Of a DNA stretch of 64,000 nucleotides, positions 1-15,563 are shown piece by piece. The stretch is from Octopus vulgaris (Eukaryota): NCBI GenBank assembly GCA_951406725.2, contig OX597817.1:133114001-133178000 (forward strand). The letters run 5' to 3'. Below the pieces are notes generated by a model. It was not told where the DNA came from. It did not search any database and saw nothing but the letters and a program-made list of their open reading frames with translations. The position numbers and the translations under genes were made by a program. Numbering within the stretch: position 1 is the first letter of the stretch; every line of letters starts with the position of its first letter.

Positions 1-69
1 CTAAGAGATGCAGGCGGCCTCTCTCATTCCCCCCCTCTCTCTCTCAGCCCTTTTAACACACACACACGC

Positions 70-127
<58 letters not shown>

Positions 128-227
128 ATTGTAATATATGCGGATGTGTGTAGACAATGATCCAATCTATTAAAAGGCTTATTTCATTTCGCTAATATGC
201 AAACATGTGCATGTATACATATATGCA

Positions 228-297
<70 letters not shown>

Positions 298-750
298 GAG
301 AAAGAGAGAGAGAGAAAGAGAAAGAGAGACATACATACATACATATATACATACATGCACACATATATATATATTTATATATATAACTATATATGTGTGT
401 GTGCATGTATATGTGTGTGTATGTGTGTGCATGTGTGTGTGTTGGTGTGTGTGTGAATGTGTGTAATATGTAAGGATTATGTATGTCCATGTATGTTTAA
501 TATATGTTTTTTGGGCATTTGGGCGGGAATTAGCAGAAGCAGGAATGTTAGGGTGCCACTAGGTGCGTTTCAGGTTAATACAGCTGCAGTTATATATGAC
601 CGTATGAATAGACTTATAAATCAGCAATTTGAGTATGTGTACGTCTGTCTATCTATCTGTATGTCTGTCTATCCTATCTGTTGATCTATCTATCTATCTG
701 TCTGTCTGTCTAGTTAGCTATCTATCTATCTGATTGTCTATCTTTCTATG

Positions 751-900
<150 letters not shown>

Positions 901-901
901 G

Positions 902-1032
<131 letters not shown>

Positions 1033-1061
1033 ATATATATATATGTATGTATGTACGTATG

Positions 1062-1132
<71 letters not shown>

Positions 1133-1197
1133 ATATGTATGCATGTATATATATACATACATGCACTCATACACACATAGAAATACGTGTATATATC

Positions 1198-1313
<116 letters not shown>

Positions 1314-1320
1314 TATATAC

Positions 1321-1381
<61 letters not shown>

Positions 1382-1384
<3 letters not shown>

Positions 1385-2546
1385 GGTGCGTAAGATATTT
1401 GTGGACTGATTTATGGTTATAAATAAAACAGATATATAATAGCAGATTAAAACTTTATTTATCAAAAGATGCTGTGAGGATAAAAAATAAACCTTCTTTT
1501 CTATAATGCTATTCAATAAAACCACCTTCAGCTTCCACAACTGCTTCTGTATGAGATCGAATGAAATGATCCTGGTTCGTTTTGGACATTACACTGACTA
1601 TGGCAGCTTTTAAAGAATATTTCATGTTATGGGAGTGTTTAATGACCTCTCACTCAACAACACTCCACTTATAATAGCCGAATGGATTGAAACCTGGGGA
1701 ATTGGGAGCCCAAATGTTAGGGTTTATGGGATCATAAAAATGTTCAGTCATCCATTCCTGTGTTACTAGAGCCATTTGTGATAGTACAGAGTCTTACTGA
1801 AACACATATGGCCTTCCGTTGCATACACTGTCTTATCCAGGGCTTGAGCTCAATGTTGGCGGCAGAGTTAATTCTAAGGCCTTGTGGAAAGGCGTAAAGG
1901 GGCATCACATGTCCTTCTTACCGACAACCCCTAAAACCATGACAGTTGCATGAAATTTATATGCATAACACTTGGAACTTCAGAAGGGTCTGCACATACA
2001 CATCTTTCATTTCTTCTGGTAATGTTATGATCTTGCGAAAAACCAAATCAAATTTTCTTCTGCTGAATTTTTCAGTTTCTTTAAAAATCTTTCAGATTTG
2101 ATGTAGTGATTTTCTGTTGCTTTTTCTGACAAAGTTATCTTTCCTCATCATATAAGACTTATATCTGATGTCTTCGTGGGAAATATTTCTGACTGTTACT
2201 TCTGACACGTGGGGATTTTTTGCAATTGACCTCACCGACATTCAGCGGTTAAACTTGCTGGATAAATTCAAGTGTTCTGATGATTTCAGAGGGTTTAGAA
2301 TGCTTTTTATGCTTTGACACTCTAGCTCCTTGCAAACTTTGTACACAAAAGATCTGGCAACTTTTAAAAATCGCGATATTTTTAAATCGCCATACTCAGT
2401 CTTTATAATCACAGCAGCGAAGTGTCTTCCTTTCTTCAGTAAGATGAGCGTCTGCCATTATTATTTTCTGAAACAAAGATTATACAGAGTGAGCAAAGAT
2501 GCAGCAATGAACCCCAAAATATATGTCCTCAAATACATTACGCACC

Positions 2547-2549
<3 letters not shown>
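1382..2549 (-). mobile_element. Decayed Tc1/mariner-superfamily (maT/DD37D-like) DNA transposon
   Basis: Imperfect ~25-bp TIRs (cacggtgcgtaagatatttgtggac / gtcctcaaatacattacgcaccctg) flanked by TA inside (TA)n. Minus strand near 1670-1720 reads PNIWAPNSPGFNPFGYY, matching the WPPNSPDLNPLDY motif. Confidence 0.8.
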
Positions 2550-2589
<40 letters not shown>

Positions 2590-2606
2590 CATATGCACAC
2601 ACACAC

Positions 2607-2660
<54 letters not shown>

Positions 2661-2890
2661 CCGTATATATATATATATATGGCAACTTTACACATGTGCG
2701 GTTGGCGATTTCTTTTCCTTCCTTGGACTTCTCCCTTTCTCCTTTCCTACGAGAAACTAAGCAAGAAACATCAAACTCTCTCCTTTCACTGAGCGTCAAG
2801 CTAATACATTTCTTATGCCCCTCTTCATGTTGTCCATTTTTATTCGTTTATTTGAATTGACTATATATATATATATATATATATATGTGT

Positions 2891-3069
2891 CGTCAGCCGC
2901 TACGTTCTGAGTTCAAATTCCGCCGAGGTCAACTTTACTTTTCATCCTTTAGGAGTAGAAAGTAAATAAGTACCAGTTACGCACTGGGGTCAATATAATC
3001 CACTTAATCCGTTTGTCTGTGCTTGTTTGTCCCCTCTGTGTGTAACCCCTTGTGGGCAGGAAAGAAATA
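2891..3069 (+). mobile_element. SINE family A (tRNA-like B box gagttcaaattcc), 5'-truncated copy
   Basis: Near-identical to copies at 12.3, 19.7, 24.3, 49.8, 61.4 and 63.3 kb; ends in aaagaaata. Confidence 0.8.
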
Positions 3070-3070
3070 A

Positions 3071-3545
<475 letters not shown>

Positions 3546-3830
3546 ATAATATAATATATATGCATATACATGTGTGTGTGTGTGTATCTTAGGTCGCACA
3601 TACATAGTGTGTGACTTGTTTATACGCCAAATCCGCTGCCGGACAGCGCCCAGAGAAAGCGAACCAGGCGACACCGAATGTTGAAGAACACCCGAATGTC
3701 ACAGACTATGCTTGTAATTTTGCCTCGGAATCACCAGAGTGGTTGATATCGATATTACGCCATTACTATGGGTTCCTCCGTGGTAAGTTTGTCTCGCCTG
3801 GCCTGTGACATTCATGTATTCTATATGGGC

Positions 3831-3933
<103 letters not shown>

Positions 3934-3942
3934 CATATATAT

Positions 3943-4003
<61 letters not shown>

Positions 4004-4099
4004 GTCTACCTAGTATGTATGTCTATATATACATTCGCCATATGTATGATATAAAAACAATAAAACAAACACAAAAACGAGATAGAAAAAAAAACGAGA

Positions 4100-4940
4100 T
4101 AGAAGAGGGATCTGTTCTTGTTTCATTTTTGTTTGTTGCATACATTAATGACATAAGTGCCATCTTAAAGAGTGCCACAGTGCTGAAATATGACATCAAG
4201 CTGTTTGTTGAGACAAAAAGGACAAATCCTGGACACTATAGATCTTACCCACAATCGGACCTGGATACAATGCAACAATGGATCACTAATGGCAACTCAA
4301 GCTGGCTGTGGACCAGTCTACCACCATGCACTTAGGAAGGGAAAACGCAGCGTCCACATACTTTCTCTACTACACTAATATTAAGACTTGTTCTTGTGAA
4401 CGTGACCTGGACATTATTGTCAGCAGCGATTTGCGCTGGACAAAGCACAACTCTAAAATTATCAAGAAGACCGAGAATGTCTTGGCATTACTCAGCAAGA
4501 CCTTTGTGAGCCACTCTTCAGCTACCTATTTAAGGCTGTATATGGATATGGTGCGACTACACTTGGAATCTGCATCAACAGTCTAGAACCTCTATCTTGC
4601 TCCTCCTGGAAACTCTTCAGAGACGTGCAACCAAACGAATCCCCTTCTATCAGACATCTGCCATACTCTGAACACCTTATTTCCCTGGCCATGAATAGAT
4701 TGAAGCTCCGACATCTGGCAGCTGACTTGGTAAACACCTACAAAATTATCAACCATCGTACCAACAACCATCTTGACCACTTTTTAGAGTTCCATGTGCC
4801 TAACACACCTGGCCATGTCTACAAAGTCAGAAAACAGCACCGCTCCTATGGCTTTCGAAAACCCTGCATCAGTTGTTAGTTGCCGAGACATTGCATCTTT
4901 TAAAACTTCCATGCTTCCTGAAATTCCTCAACATTACACC
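4100..4940 (+). pseudogene. CR1/L2-group LINE reverse transcriptase 3' fragment (frameshifted)
   Basis: ORF pieces EGSVLVSFLFVAYINDI..KYDIKLF (QGSVLGP / YADD region), ERDLDIIVSSDLRW, LYMDMVRLHLESAS, LPYSEHL..RHLAADLVNTYKII..TPGHVYK. Confidence 0.8.
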
Positions 4941-5264
4941 TGATATCCCGCTTCTCTCCATACGCATGCGCACATGTATAGCATGACTCATACACTGTTC
5001 ACATTCCTGACTTTTGTTACATAATCCTATGTATTGTATACACTATACACAATAATTTCATAATCGTTATTGTCATCATTATTAGGTTTTACGCTCAGGT
5101 AATTCAGAAGTCTTTACGTTTAGTACATACGCCTTTCTACGAAAAGAATAGACGAAGAGAGAAAAACAGAGAAGGAAAAGGACAAAAACGTCGCAATTAG
5201 ACGGTCATCGCATACTGAAGTGCGTGCGTGTGTGTGTCAGTGTGTGTGTGTGTATGTTTATAAA

Positions 5265-5304
5265 TACGGGGTGTCTCATAATGATGAGGTACATTTCAAC
5301 CTCG

Positions 5305-5362
<58 letters not shown>

Positions 5363-6355
5363 CAGAGAGAGAGAAAAATACATAAATACATGCATATATG
5401 CAGCGTGCAAGCGTTTTTTGAGGATGCTTTATCATTTGTATATTACAATATTCAAATTAAAAGATTTGTTTTTTCAAATGATCTATGCTAACAAAGAAAT
5501 GAAAAGTAGAAGTCGCCAACTTTTCAAGTATTGCATAATCTTTTGTAGGCGAAAGAGCGGCGGGTGTGTTTTAAGTGTATCAAAGAGCAAAATCACTCTT
5601 AGGACAGCGCAATTCATCCAAAGTTTCAAAACACAAACAATGGTCCTGAAAAATCAATGACGGCCATCACCATAAACATTTAGGCATCGAAATGGAGTGT
5701 CAGAACTGTGGTGCACGAGGACATATACAAGTTGTATATACTGCGAAGAGGCTAATTCATGTTCGATCAGTACCAAGCGATTACTTCCCAAGATTTAAAA
5801 CCCACATGGACAAGTCGTGATTTAGTCTTACTCTGACGAGAAAAATTTCATCTACGACCAAATGTCTAACAGAAGAAATAACAGATGGTTATTTACAGGT
5901 CATTCTGATGGTTCCGGACTGATGCACACTGAGTTTCCAGAAACTGTATTGGTTTTCGGATCATGTCATGCCACCTTACATCTTTTCATAGTCTTAGGAC
6001 TAATGCTGCTAGATAGGCCGAGGTGTTGGAAAGTTATGAAACCCTCAATGGATGAATTACGCAGTTGAAAGCTATACGTGTCTCAATAGTACTCGGCACT
6101 TTCTCACAAAGGCCACGGAAAACAAGGATGTTTTTTATGATCATGTGACACCATACTTGTGGCCTCGAAATTCGCCGTATTGAAATCCTTTGGACTATTA
6201 CGTTTGTAGTCTTGGTGAAAGGGATACGCATCACTATCCTCACAATATCAAAGCCTCACTGATGGCCGCTATCGTTCAGGTGTTGTCGAAAAGGAATGAG
6301 AAGCATGCAACGCAGACGCATCAACGATTGCCGTCCCACAGCGAAAATGAAGGCA
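5265..6355 (+). mobile_element. Decayed maT/DD37D-like Tc1/mariner transposase remnant
   Basis: Fragments TEFPETVLVFG, YVSQ*YSALSH (FQQDSAPAH-like) and LWPRNSPY*NPLDYYV. Possible left TIR ta|cggggtgtctcataat at ~5265; right end lost in (TA)n. Confidence 0.6.
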
Positions 6356-6358
6356 GAT

Positions 6359-6423
<65 letters not shown>

Positions 6424-6489
6424 CACACATACACACATATATGTGTATATATTTATATGTATATATATATATGTGTGTATGTGTGTGTG

Positions 6490-6615
<126 letters not shown>

Positions 6616-7079
6616 TGCCTTTAGTGTTAACTGTCAGGAAACAGAATGCCCAATATTATGGTTGAGATTAGGAGGCGAACTGGCGGAGTCGTTAGCGCGA
6701 TGTAAATCTTATAACTTTCGAATCCTATCACATCACCCGAGGAGGCTCCTTCGCACTGTGAGATGCATTTGATGTCCTTACATCGTTCCCAACTCACTAG
6801 GGAGCAGTGCAGAAGGCAGCCGAAACGATTGTTGAGCTAGAAAAAGTTTCTAGTTACACTCTGTCTTTCGTATCAATCATTTAGAATATACTTAACGTGC
6901 ACGCAAGTGTTCCTGAAGTAGCTCCAGCAACGAAAGCGTAGTGCCGCAGAAGACACCTGGCCGCCGACAGTGGTGAACGTGCTCTGAAGGCACACTGCTT
7001 GTGACTTACTCGAAACAAGGCTTGCATACTGCATTTTAACGTATCTTTTCTAAAACTTAATTCTAATTTTGAATTTAAG

Positions 7080-7126
<47 letters not shown>

Positions 7127-7194
7127 CTATCTATCTATCTATCTATCTATTCATCTACCTATCTATCTATCTATCTATCTATCTATTCGTCTAC

Positions 7195-7263
<69 letters not shown>

Positions 7264-7420
7264 CATCCATTTATCTATCTATATATATATATATATCTAC
7301 TTACCTACCTATATACCTGCCTATCTATCTATCTTTCTATCTATCTATTTATCCATCTATTTATCTATCTAACTATTTATTCATCCTTCTCTCTCTCTCT
7401 CTCTCTCTCCGTATATATAC

Positions 7421-7526
<106 letters not shown>

Positions 7527-8027
7527 TTAGTATTCTTCTTATTTCACTTAACTACTCATTGCTATATGCTCGTTGATTTTTCAAACCTCAGAACACAGCA
7601 CAGCAGACACCAGAGAGGGTTAATTTTAATGGTGAAATATCACGAGAGCTGTCAGAGTTATTGTAAAATTCAATTATTATCATGGATACAATTATTTCAA
7701 ACAAATTCTCTACGTATGAACCGAATTAGGAGTCTTGCATTGAGGAAATCGATCAAATATTTTTAAACGTTTCAATGGATTTTACTTATTATAATATAAG
7801 TTAGGAAACCGATAAAGTGAAATTAGGGGAATTGAAGTAAAAGAAAGTATTTGAATTGTAAGAATGGGAGATTTATAGAACTGAAATTAAATTAACACAA
7901 GGTGAATTGAAAAGATTAAATACCAGAATATTAATGTAAAAATATTTTCAAATAATGTCCGCAATGGAGAGAGAATATGTAAACAATCGTAGACATTTTG
8001 ATACGGATGGAATGTCTTTCACAGATA

Positions 8028-8078
<51 letters not shown>

Positions 8079-8123
8079 GCGCGCGTATATGTACATAAAT
8101 ATCGATGTACATATATTCATGCA

Positions 8124-8187
<64 letters not shown>

Positions 8188-8399
8188 CACACCGCATATA
8201 TATGTATATATATGTATGTACGTATGTATGTATATACATGTATACATGCATACATATACACATACATACATACGCATATATAGAGAGATATTAGGATATA
8301 GATATACATATGTATATATGTATGTGCGTATATTAATAAATTTATTTGATTATATTGTTGGCCATCTGAAGAGATTAGGCGTAATAAAAGCACAAGCTT

Positions 8400-9060
8400 T
8401 CAATCAGTTATTCTCGTAGCCATTGTCCAAATCTCTTTATGACCAGTTTGATCAAAGCTTTTGTACAGACTGCATCAGCAATAACAGTGAATTGTAAACC
8501 AGAGATGCATGAAACTGTTCCGCCTCCATATAAATTGGCCAAGCCGCTTCCACTCGACTAGGTTCAATTATAAAGACTAGCAATAAATGGAACTGACTAA
8601 AGCATAATGAAAGTTATGTAGAAAGCAGCTGATTTTGACCTAAATTAATTGTGTTTTCTTTGCATCGTGTTCTATGCGTGTTTGGTGCAATCTGTAGACA
8701 AAATGAGCATCCTTTCACACAAAGACGCCAGCAATCGGTACATATTTTCGCTGCAGCTTTTGTTACTATTTTGTCAGTAGTTATTATTTACTCCCATGGT
8801 TTGATTCACCGTTTTACAGTTTGTATTCACATTTACATTGACTTTTATCGACGCAATCATTTTCGCATAGAAACGTACAGACATGCCTCAGTAATTTCGC
8901 AAAACCACTATCAATTTTAGGCAAGTCTGCATTTCAGAGCTTATAAATATATCGACTCATCTTGTGTACACCTGCAGTTTTTAATATAGATATTCACACT
9001 AGAGCTGTCTTTTCTGTTGATAATATGTTTGTGGTATTTGCATCGCTGTTGCTACACCCC
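8400..9060 (-). pseudogene. Possible highly decayed hAT (Ac/ZBED1-like) transposase fragments
   Basis: Minus-strand peptides in hAT order: SNSDANTTNIL, ADLPKIDSGFAKLL, IITTD..AAAK..C.FCLQIA, and PSR/W (PTRW-like). Many stops and frameshifts. Confidence 0.4.
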
Positions 9061-9344
9061 TCTCTTAAATGTTACTGGCATCTCACCAAACAACATGGAT
9101 CAATGTAGATCATGTGGTTAGACAGCAGGCTGAAGATTCAATTAGGCAATTTAATTAATGCCAGAATATTAATCTATTATTTGTAATGAAATCATGAGAA
9201 TAGACCATCTCAAAAAGCACAGTCAAATAATGAAAAAATATTTAAAAAAAAGAAAACAGAATCGACAATCTAAATACCACAATGATTTTTTCTTTGTTTC
9301 TTTTTGCACAGGGATGAAATCTCGGATGTATGATGATGATGATG

Positions 9345-9410
<66 letters not shown>

Positions 9411-9411
9411 T

Positions 9412-9839
<428 letters not shown>

Positions 9840-9844
9840 CAACA

Positions 9845-10125
9845 GAAAAGAGGTATGAATACGAACCAGAGACTGAGATAGAAAATAAGAAATACAAGAC
9901 TTTGCGGGATTTTCTCATAAAGACCGGCCATTCTATTGAGGCAAGAAGAATAAATACGATAATAGATGACAAAATAAACTGTAAAATCAGAGGAGAGTCG
10001 ATAGGAAAATAAAGAAGAAAAAAATTTGATAAATACCAGGGATTAGGCAGAGAGCTTAGGAGACTGTGGGAGATCAAGGCCACTATAATTCTTGGATTAA
10101 TAGGTGCACTTAGCATAACACCCGG
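9845..10125 (+). pseudogene. R4/Dong-type RLE domain fragment
   Basis: YEYEPETEIENKKYKTLRDFLIKTGHSIEARR and KYQGLGRELRRLWEIK..IGALS. Confidence 0.65.
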
Positions 10126-10284
10126 ATGTGTAAGTTAATTTACATAGACTCTAGTATTTAGCTGGTCCTTTATTCTATCGATTTCGAAAAACTGAAAGGC
10201 ATAGTCAACTTCGGCTAGATTTGAACGCAGAACGTAAAGAGTTAAGAGAAATGCCACCAACCTTTGTGGCTGACGTACAATACC

Positions 10285-12290
10285 GGCAAAACAACATATT
10301 TAGAACCGACACCAAAAGATTTTTTCAAGAACGTAACATTTTTTCAAGAACGTAAAAGATTAGTTCATGATGGGGATAAAAGTCGACATTTCTTGGGTAA
10401 GCTATGGAGTAGCCAATAACAACATAATACTACAGCTGAATGGCTCTGCAGCCTGAAGCAAACAGCTTCTTATCCCCAGCAAGGCTATCCACTTCACAGA
10501 CGACAGTATCAGAAATATGAGTAAAAAGATAAGCAATTGGTGTACAGGGATTTTGGATAAAAAAAAAGATCAATAGATGCCATAAATTGATCGTAGAGCA
10601 ATTTGAAGCAATGATCAATGGAGAAGAAATCCCGAGCTGCTTGAAAAAAGGTCGAATAGAGTTGTGTCTGAAGGATCCATCAAAAAGAAATTCTACTGGT
10701 AATTACAGGGCAATTTCTTGCCTCCCATTAATGTGGAAGTTACTGTCAGGAGGAATTGTAGAAGAACTGAACAAATTTCTTGATGAGAACGATATGTTAC
10801 CGACGGAACAAAAAGGTTGTAGAAGGAGATACAGAGGGACCAAAGACCAAATATTGTTAGACAAAATGGTAATGCAAGATTTAAAACGAGGGTGAACAAG
10901 TTTGGGAATAGCCTGGACTGACTATCGCGAAGATTATATGATTCCACATTTTTGGATCATCGAGTACTTAGATCTGTTTGGAATTACGATTAATTTAATG
11001 TGTTTTCTGAAGAGAAGCATGGTGCGGTGGAAAACTGAGTTGACATCCTACGGAAAAAGCTTGGGCACCCTGGGTATCAGAAGAGGGATTTTCAAGGGTG
11101 ATAGCTTATCTCTGTTACTTTTTGTACGCGACATGATTCCCCTGACCTTGGTAGTGAGGAAGACGAACCTGAGATATTCGCTAAAGAGAAAATCTCAAAC
11201 AATCAACTACCTCCACTTCATGGATGATTTGAAACTGTATGGCAAGGATGAAGCACAAGTGAGGTCCTTGGTGAATACAGTCCACTGTTTTAGTGCTGAT
11301 ATTAGAATGGAATTTGGACTCAAAAGGTGTGGAATAATGTATGTTAAAAGAAGCAAGCTACAGTCGCCAGCAGGGTTAGAATTACTTAATAGAAAACTGA
11401 TTTAACAAATAGAAACAGGAGGCTACAAATACCTGGGCATACAAGAGTTCAACGAGATAAAGGAGAAGGAAATGAAAGAGCACGCCAAGGCAGATACAAA
11501 GGAGCGGTGGTTATGGATGAAGAGGAGTGACCTGAAGAGAGAGACAGAAACACTCATATGAGCAGCACAAGAACAAGCGTTAAGGACTATGTGAAGTGCA
11601 GAATAGACAATACTACCGATAGCGACAAAAGCAGAATGTGTAGCGACAGGGGAGAAATGGTATGGCTCATCGTTAGCGAATGCCCGAAATTGGCACAACG
11701 TGAATACAAAATATTCCATAACAATGTGGCAAGAATAATCCATTTGGAGATCTGTGGAAATTATGGCCTACAAAGAACAAAGGCATGACATTAGAACACC
11801 CCGGAAGGAGTCACCGAGAATAAGAATTGCAAACTCTTGTGGAATGCAATGATTCGGTGCGATCACCCAACCAGATATCGGAAACCGGACATTGTTGCGG
11901 TAAATGAAAAGGGAAGAACATGTATGGTAATCGACATAGCATGTCCCAGTGATAACAGGATCAAAGAGAAAGAAGAAGAAAACTGAACAATGATGACGAT
12001 TTGAAGTGGGAAATACAAAAATTGTGGTCAATGAGGAAAGTAGACGTGATACCAATGGTAATTGGTGCACTTGGAAGTATCAGCACTCAACTACCAACAA
12101 GAGATTCGGGCAAGTGTACATGTAGAACACCTACAAAAATCAGCATTGCTTGGAACTTCAAGAATTCTTTGCAGGGTTCTTGAAGCATGCGCAGTAAACA
12201 AGTGTCGTCTTAGTCTGCTGGCTGTGGGCAGCTGATACTTTCCATCATACCCAGCAAAATAAACTGTGAATTTTCATCAAGTAATGATAA
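10285..12290 (+). mobile_element. 5'-truncated R4/Dong-type LINE (RT + CCHC-like zinc knuckle + RLE), disrupted
   Basis: NYRAISCLPLMWKLL, EQKGC..GTKDQ, RRGIFKGDSLS, HFMDDLKLY, FGLKRC, RMC..IVSECPKLAQ..HNNVA, PDIV..IDIACP, IPMVIGALGS; TAA-type tail. Confidence 0.85.
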
Positions 12291-12334
12291 TAATGCTTTC
12301 TAGTAAAGGCATAAATCTTGAAACTTTGAGGGAA

Positions 12335-12508
12335 GGGACTAGTCGATTACATCGACCCCAGTGTTTCACTGGTACTTAATTTATCGACGCCGAAATGATG
12401 AAAGGCAAAGTCGACCTCGACGGAATTTGAACTCAGAACGTAAAGACGGATGAACTGTCGATAAGCATTTATCCCGGCGTGCTAACGATTCTCCCAGCTC
12501 GCCGCCTT
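12335..12508 (-). mobile_element. SINE family A copy with head
   Basis: Reverse complement of ggcggcgagctgg...gagttcaaattcc...gtcgactttgcctttcatc. Confidence 0.8.
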
Positions 12509-12512
12509 ATCA

Positions 12513-12578
<66 letters not shown>

Positions 12579-12639
12579 TCTTTCTAATTTGAGCACGAGG
12601 CTAGTAATTATTTCTAAGTGAAATGGGTAAGTCGATTAC

Positions 12640-14545
12640 ACAGAAACGAATGACGAGAATATGAGAGGAAAAAGGAGTCTTTGAAGCATCTGTGCAACGA
12701 TCGATAGATCAGGCAAGAGTAATTCGTATAAACGACTGGATTGCAGGATTAGAAGTTGAAGAAATTCAGAGAAGAATAAGAAAAGGATAACAGGAAGAGT
12801 GTGAAACACCAGCAACAGAAATTGGTAAGGAATAGGAAAGAGATGAAGAAAATGTGCCTGAGCTTGCTGAATGAGTAAATAGTGAAGATGATCTAGTTGG
12901 ACAATCGACAGTAAAAACTGCACAAGACTTGGATGGCGAAGAGAAAGAGATTCTAGAAATACAGCGAAGTAAAATGTGTGATGGGAACAATGAAGTGCCA
13001 CCAAGAACAAGGCATATGGACAGCGGAAACGTAAGGAGAGCCTCAGCCAAAGTAAATGACGTTGTGAGCGTGATTCGAACAGAAATCACGAGTGAAACAA
13101 AACAGGTAATCATAGCCGCTGCTAATGTTGTAATTGGTAGAACAGGATACACGCGGAAAACTGTTGAAGAAATGAAAAGAAATGAAAAGAAAGAACCAGA
13201 CTAGGAAAAGAGAATTTGAAGGAAGTTGGACACAGAAGGAACTGAGACAATTGAATAGGATAATGCAAAGAGAGCTCAAGAATGAGGTAGTAATTAGAAA
13301 ATGGAATGGATGGTTTAGCTTAGAAGAGAGTGGAAAGCAAAAAGTAGATGAAGAATTGTCAGAAAGGGAGACGGCGTTAAAGAGCAAATTGAAAAGATAT
13401 GATGCTAAATGCAAAGATTTTGAACGGAATAGATTGCTTCAATGAACTGGGAGTCTTTTTGAAGACATAGAAGAGGACCAACAACAGGTAATGGTTCCTG
13501 ATGCGAGAGAACGTAAAATATTTTGAGAAAGTGCAGAGTGGCTAACCCAGATGGAAAGATGGAACTTGCAACAGTGCTAAGACAAAATAGCAAATTGCAA
13601 AGAACCCGGATGAAGTGCAAGGCTAATGGCTGAACAATAGTTGTTTGAAAGGATCGCTGCACAACTGGATCAATGCCTGCAGCATAGTCACGTCCATACA
13701 TGAACGGCAAGGGGACGAATTCTGTAATGTCTCAAGGATCACTTGAAAGGTAACTTGGCATCAGATTTTCGACCTTATAACCTGTTTACCACTTATGTGG
13801 AAGCTGGTGACCGGTGTCTCAGCGGAAAACCTTTATAATCATAGAGAAAGTAACAATTTACATCGAGAAGAGCAGAAAGGAGTCAAGAAACAAAGTGGGG
13901 CAACAAAAGACCGCTTATTAATTGATAAAATGATGATTAGAAACTGTAGATGCAGATTGACGGGATTTAATGTAACATGGGCAGATTACAAAAAGGTATA
14001 TGACATGGTACCACGGAGTTGGATAAGAAAAAAGATGAGCATGTTTGGAGTTCCAGAAAATAAATAAAGGAAAAATGGTTAATGAAGGCATGAAACATTG
14101 GAATACTGAATTGATTGGAGGAAAGCAAAAGTTTGGAAGGTGAACATCAGACATGGTAATTTGAAGGTGATAGCTTATCTCCATTACTAATTGTACGAGC
14201 CTTGATACCGCTTAGTTTGATATTACGACAAGTTAAATAGCTTATAATTTAAGAAAAAAAATTTTTATTCAAATAAATCATATTTTTATGGATGATATAA
14301 ATGTGAAGCAGCTTGAAAGTCTGGTACATACTGTTCGCATATTTTCAAATGATATAGGTATGAAATTCGTGATTAAAAAGTGCGCTGTATTGAAAATGAC
14401 ACGAGAAATATTTGAAGGAAACCAGGGAATTGAAATGCCAGATGGGAGCGGTTGAGATAGGACAGTGGTATAATAAGTATTTGAGAATATTGGAGGCACA
14501 TGAAATAAAGTATGAAAAGATAAAACAAAGTATTAGTAAGGAGTA

Positions 14546-14590
<45 letters not shown>

Positions 14591-14640
14591 ATTGTTAAAG
14601 TTGAAATCTAAAAATGTCATAAACGTTAAAAATGTCAAGA
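12640..14640 (+). mobile_element. Second R4/Dong-type LINE (N-terminal region + RT), disrupted and 3'-truncated
   Basis: FRPYNLFT/MWKLVTG, EEQKG..ATKDRLLIDK, WADYKKVYDMVP, EGDSLSPL, FMDDI, MKFVIKKCA, YLRILE. Confidence 0.8.
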
Positions 14641-14922
14641 AACATTAAGAAAGGTTAGCAATCCGGGTTTAGCGGTAATTCGTCTGTCTACGTTCTGAGA
14701 CAAAAAGATACAGAAACTTCAAACCACGAGCCGCCGACAACCTAGACACACCACCTTAACACGGGCTGCCTCACAACCAAGCGCAGGGTACCGCCGATGC
14801 TTGCGCAGACCACAGACTGACTTTCCAGCCTTATGCATTTTTTGTAATGTCTGACGATCGTCTTCTTAAACCTGGGTGTGCATGCGCTCACACACACACA
14901 CATATGTATTTATCTATATGCT

Positions 14923-15131
14923 CTTTTACTTGTTTCAGTCAGTTGACTGCGGCCATGCTGGAGCACCGCCTTTAGTCGAGCAACTCGACCCCGGGACTTA
15001 TTCTTTGTAAGCCCAGTACTTATTCTATCGGTCTCTTTTGCCGAACCGCTACGTGACGGGGACACAAACACACCAGTATCGGTTGTCAAGCAATGCTAGG
15101 GAGACAAACACAGACACACAAACATACACGC

Positions 15132-15201
<70 letters not shown>

Positions 15202-15370
15202 GGAGTAAACACATAAATGTGAAACAAGGTGGAAAAAGAGTACTCAAATACCAGTGGTAGAGTAATATGCTTTATTTTAAGCAGCAGAAAATTCAACAAA
15301 ATCTGTTACTCTGGGCAACGAGAAACTCAGAGTAACAGATTTTGTTGAATTTTCTGCTGCTTAAAATAAA

Positions 15371-15410
<40 letters not shown>

Positions 15411-15563
15411 GACGGGCTTCTTTCAGTTTCCGTCTACCAAATCCATTCACAAGGCTTTGGTCGGCCCGAGGCATAGTAGAAGACACTTGCCCAAGGTGCC
15501 ACGCTGTGGGACTGAACCCTGAACCATGTGGTTGGTAAGCAAGCTACTTACCACACAACCACT
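14923..15563 (-). mobile_element. SINE family B full copy with a fold-back insertion in its internal (TA)n
   Basis: 3' arm 14923-15125 and 5' arm 15409-15563, both in reverse orientation. Confidence 0.8.
15265..15376. repeat. 49-bp inverted repeat (hairpin) with 14-nt loop
   Basis: 15265-15313 is the reverse complement of 15328-15376 except for one G-T pair. Confidence 0.9.
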
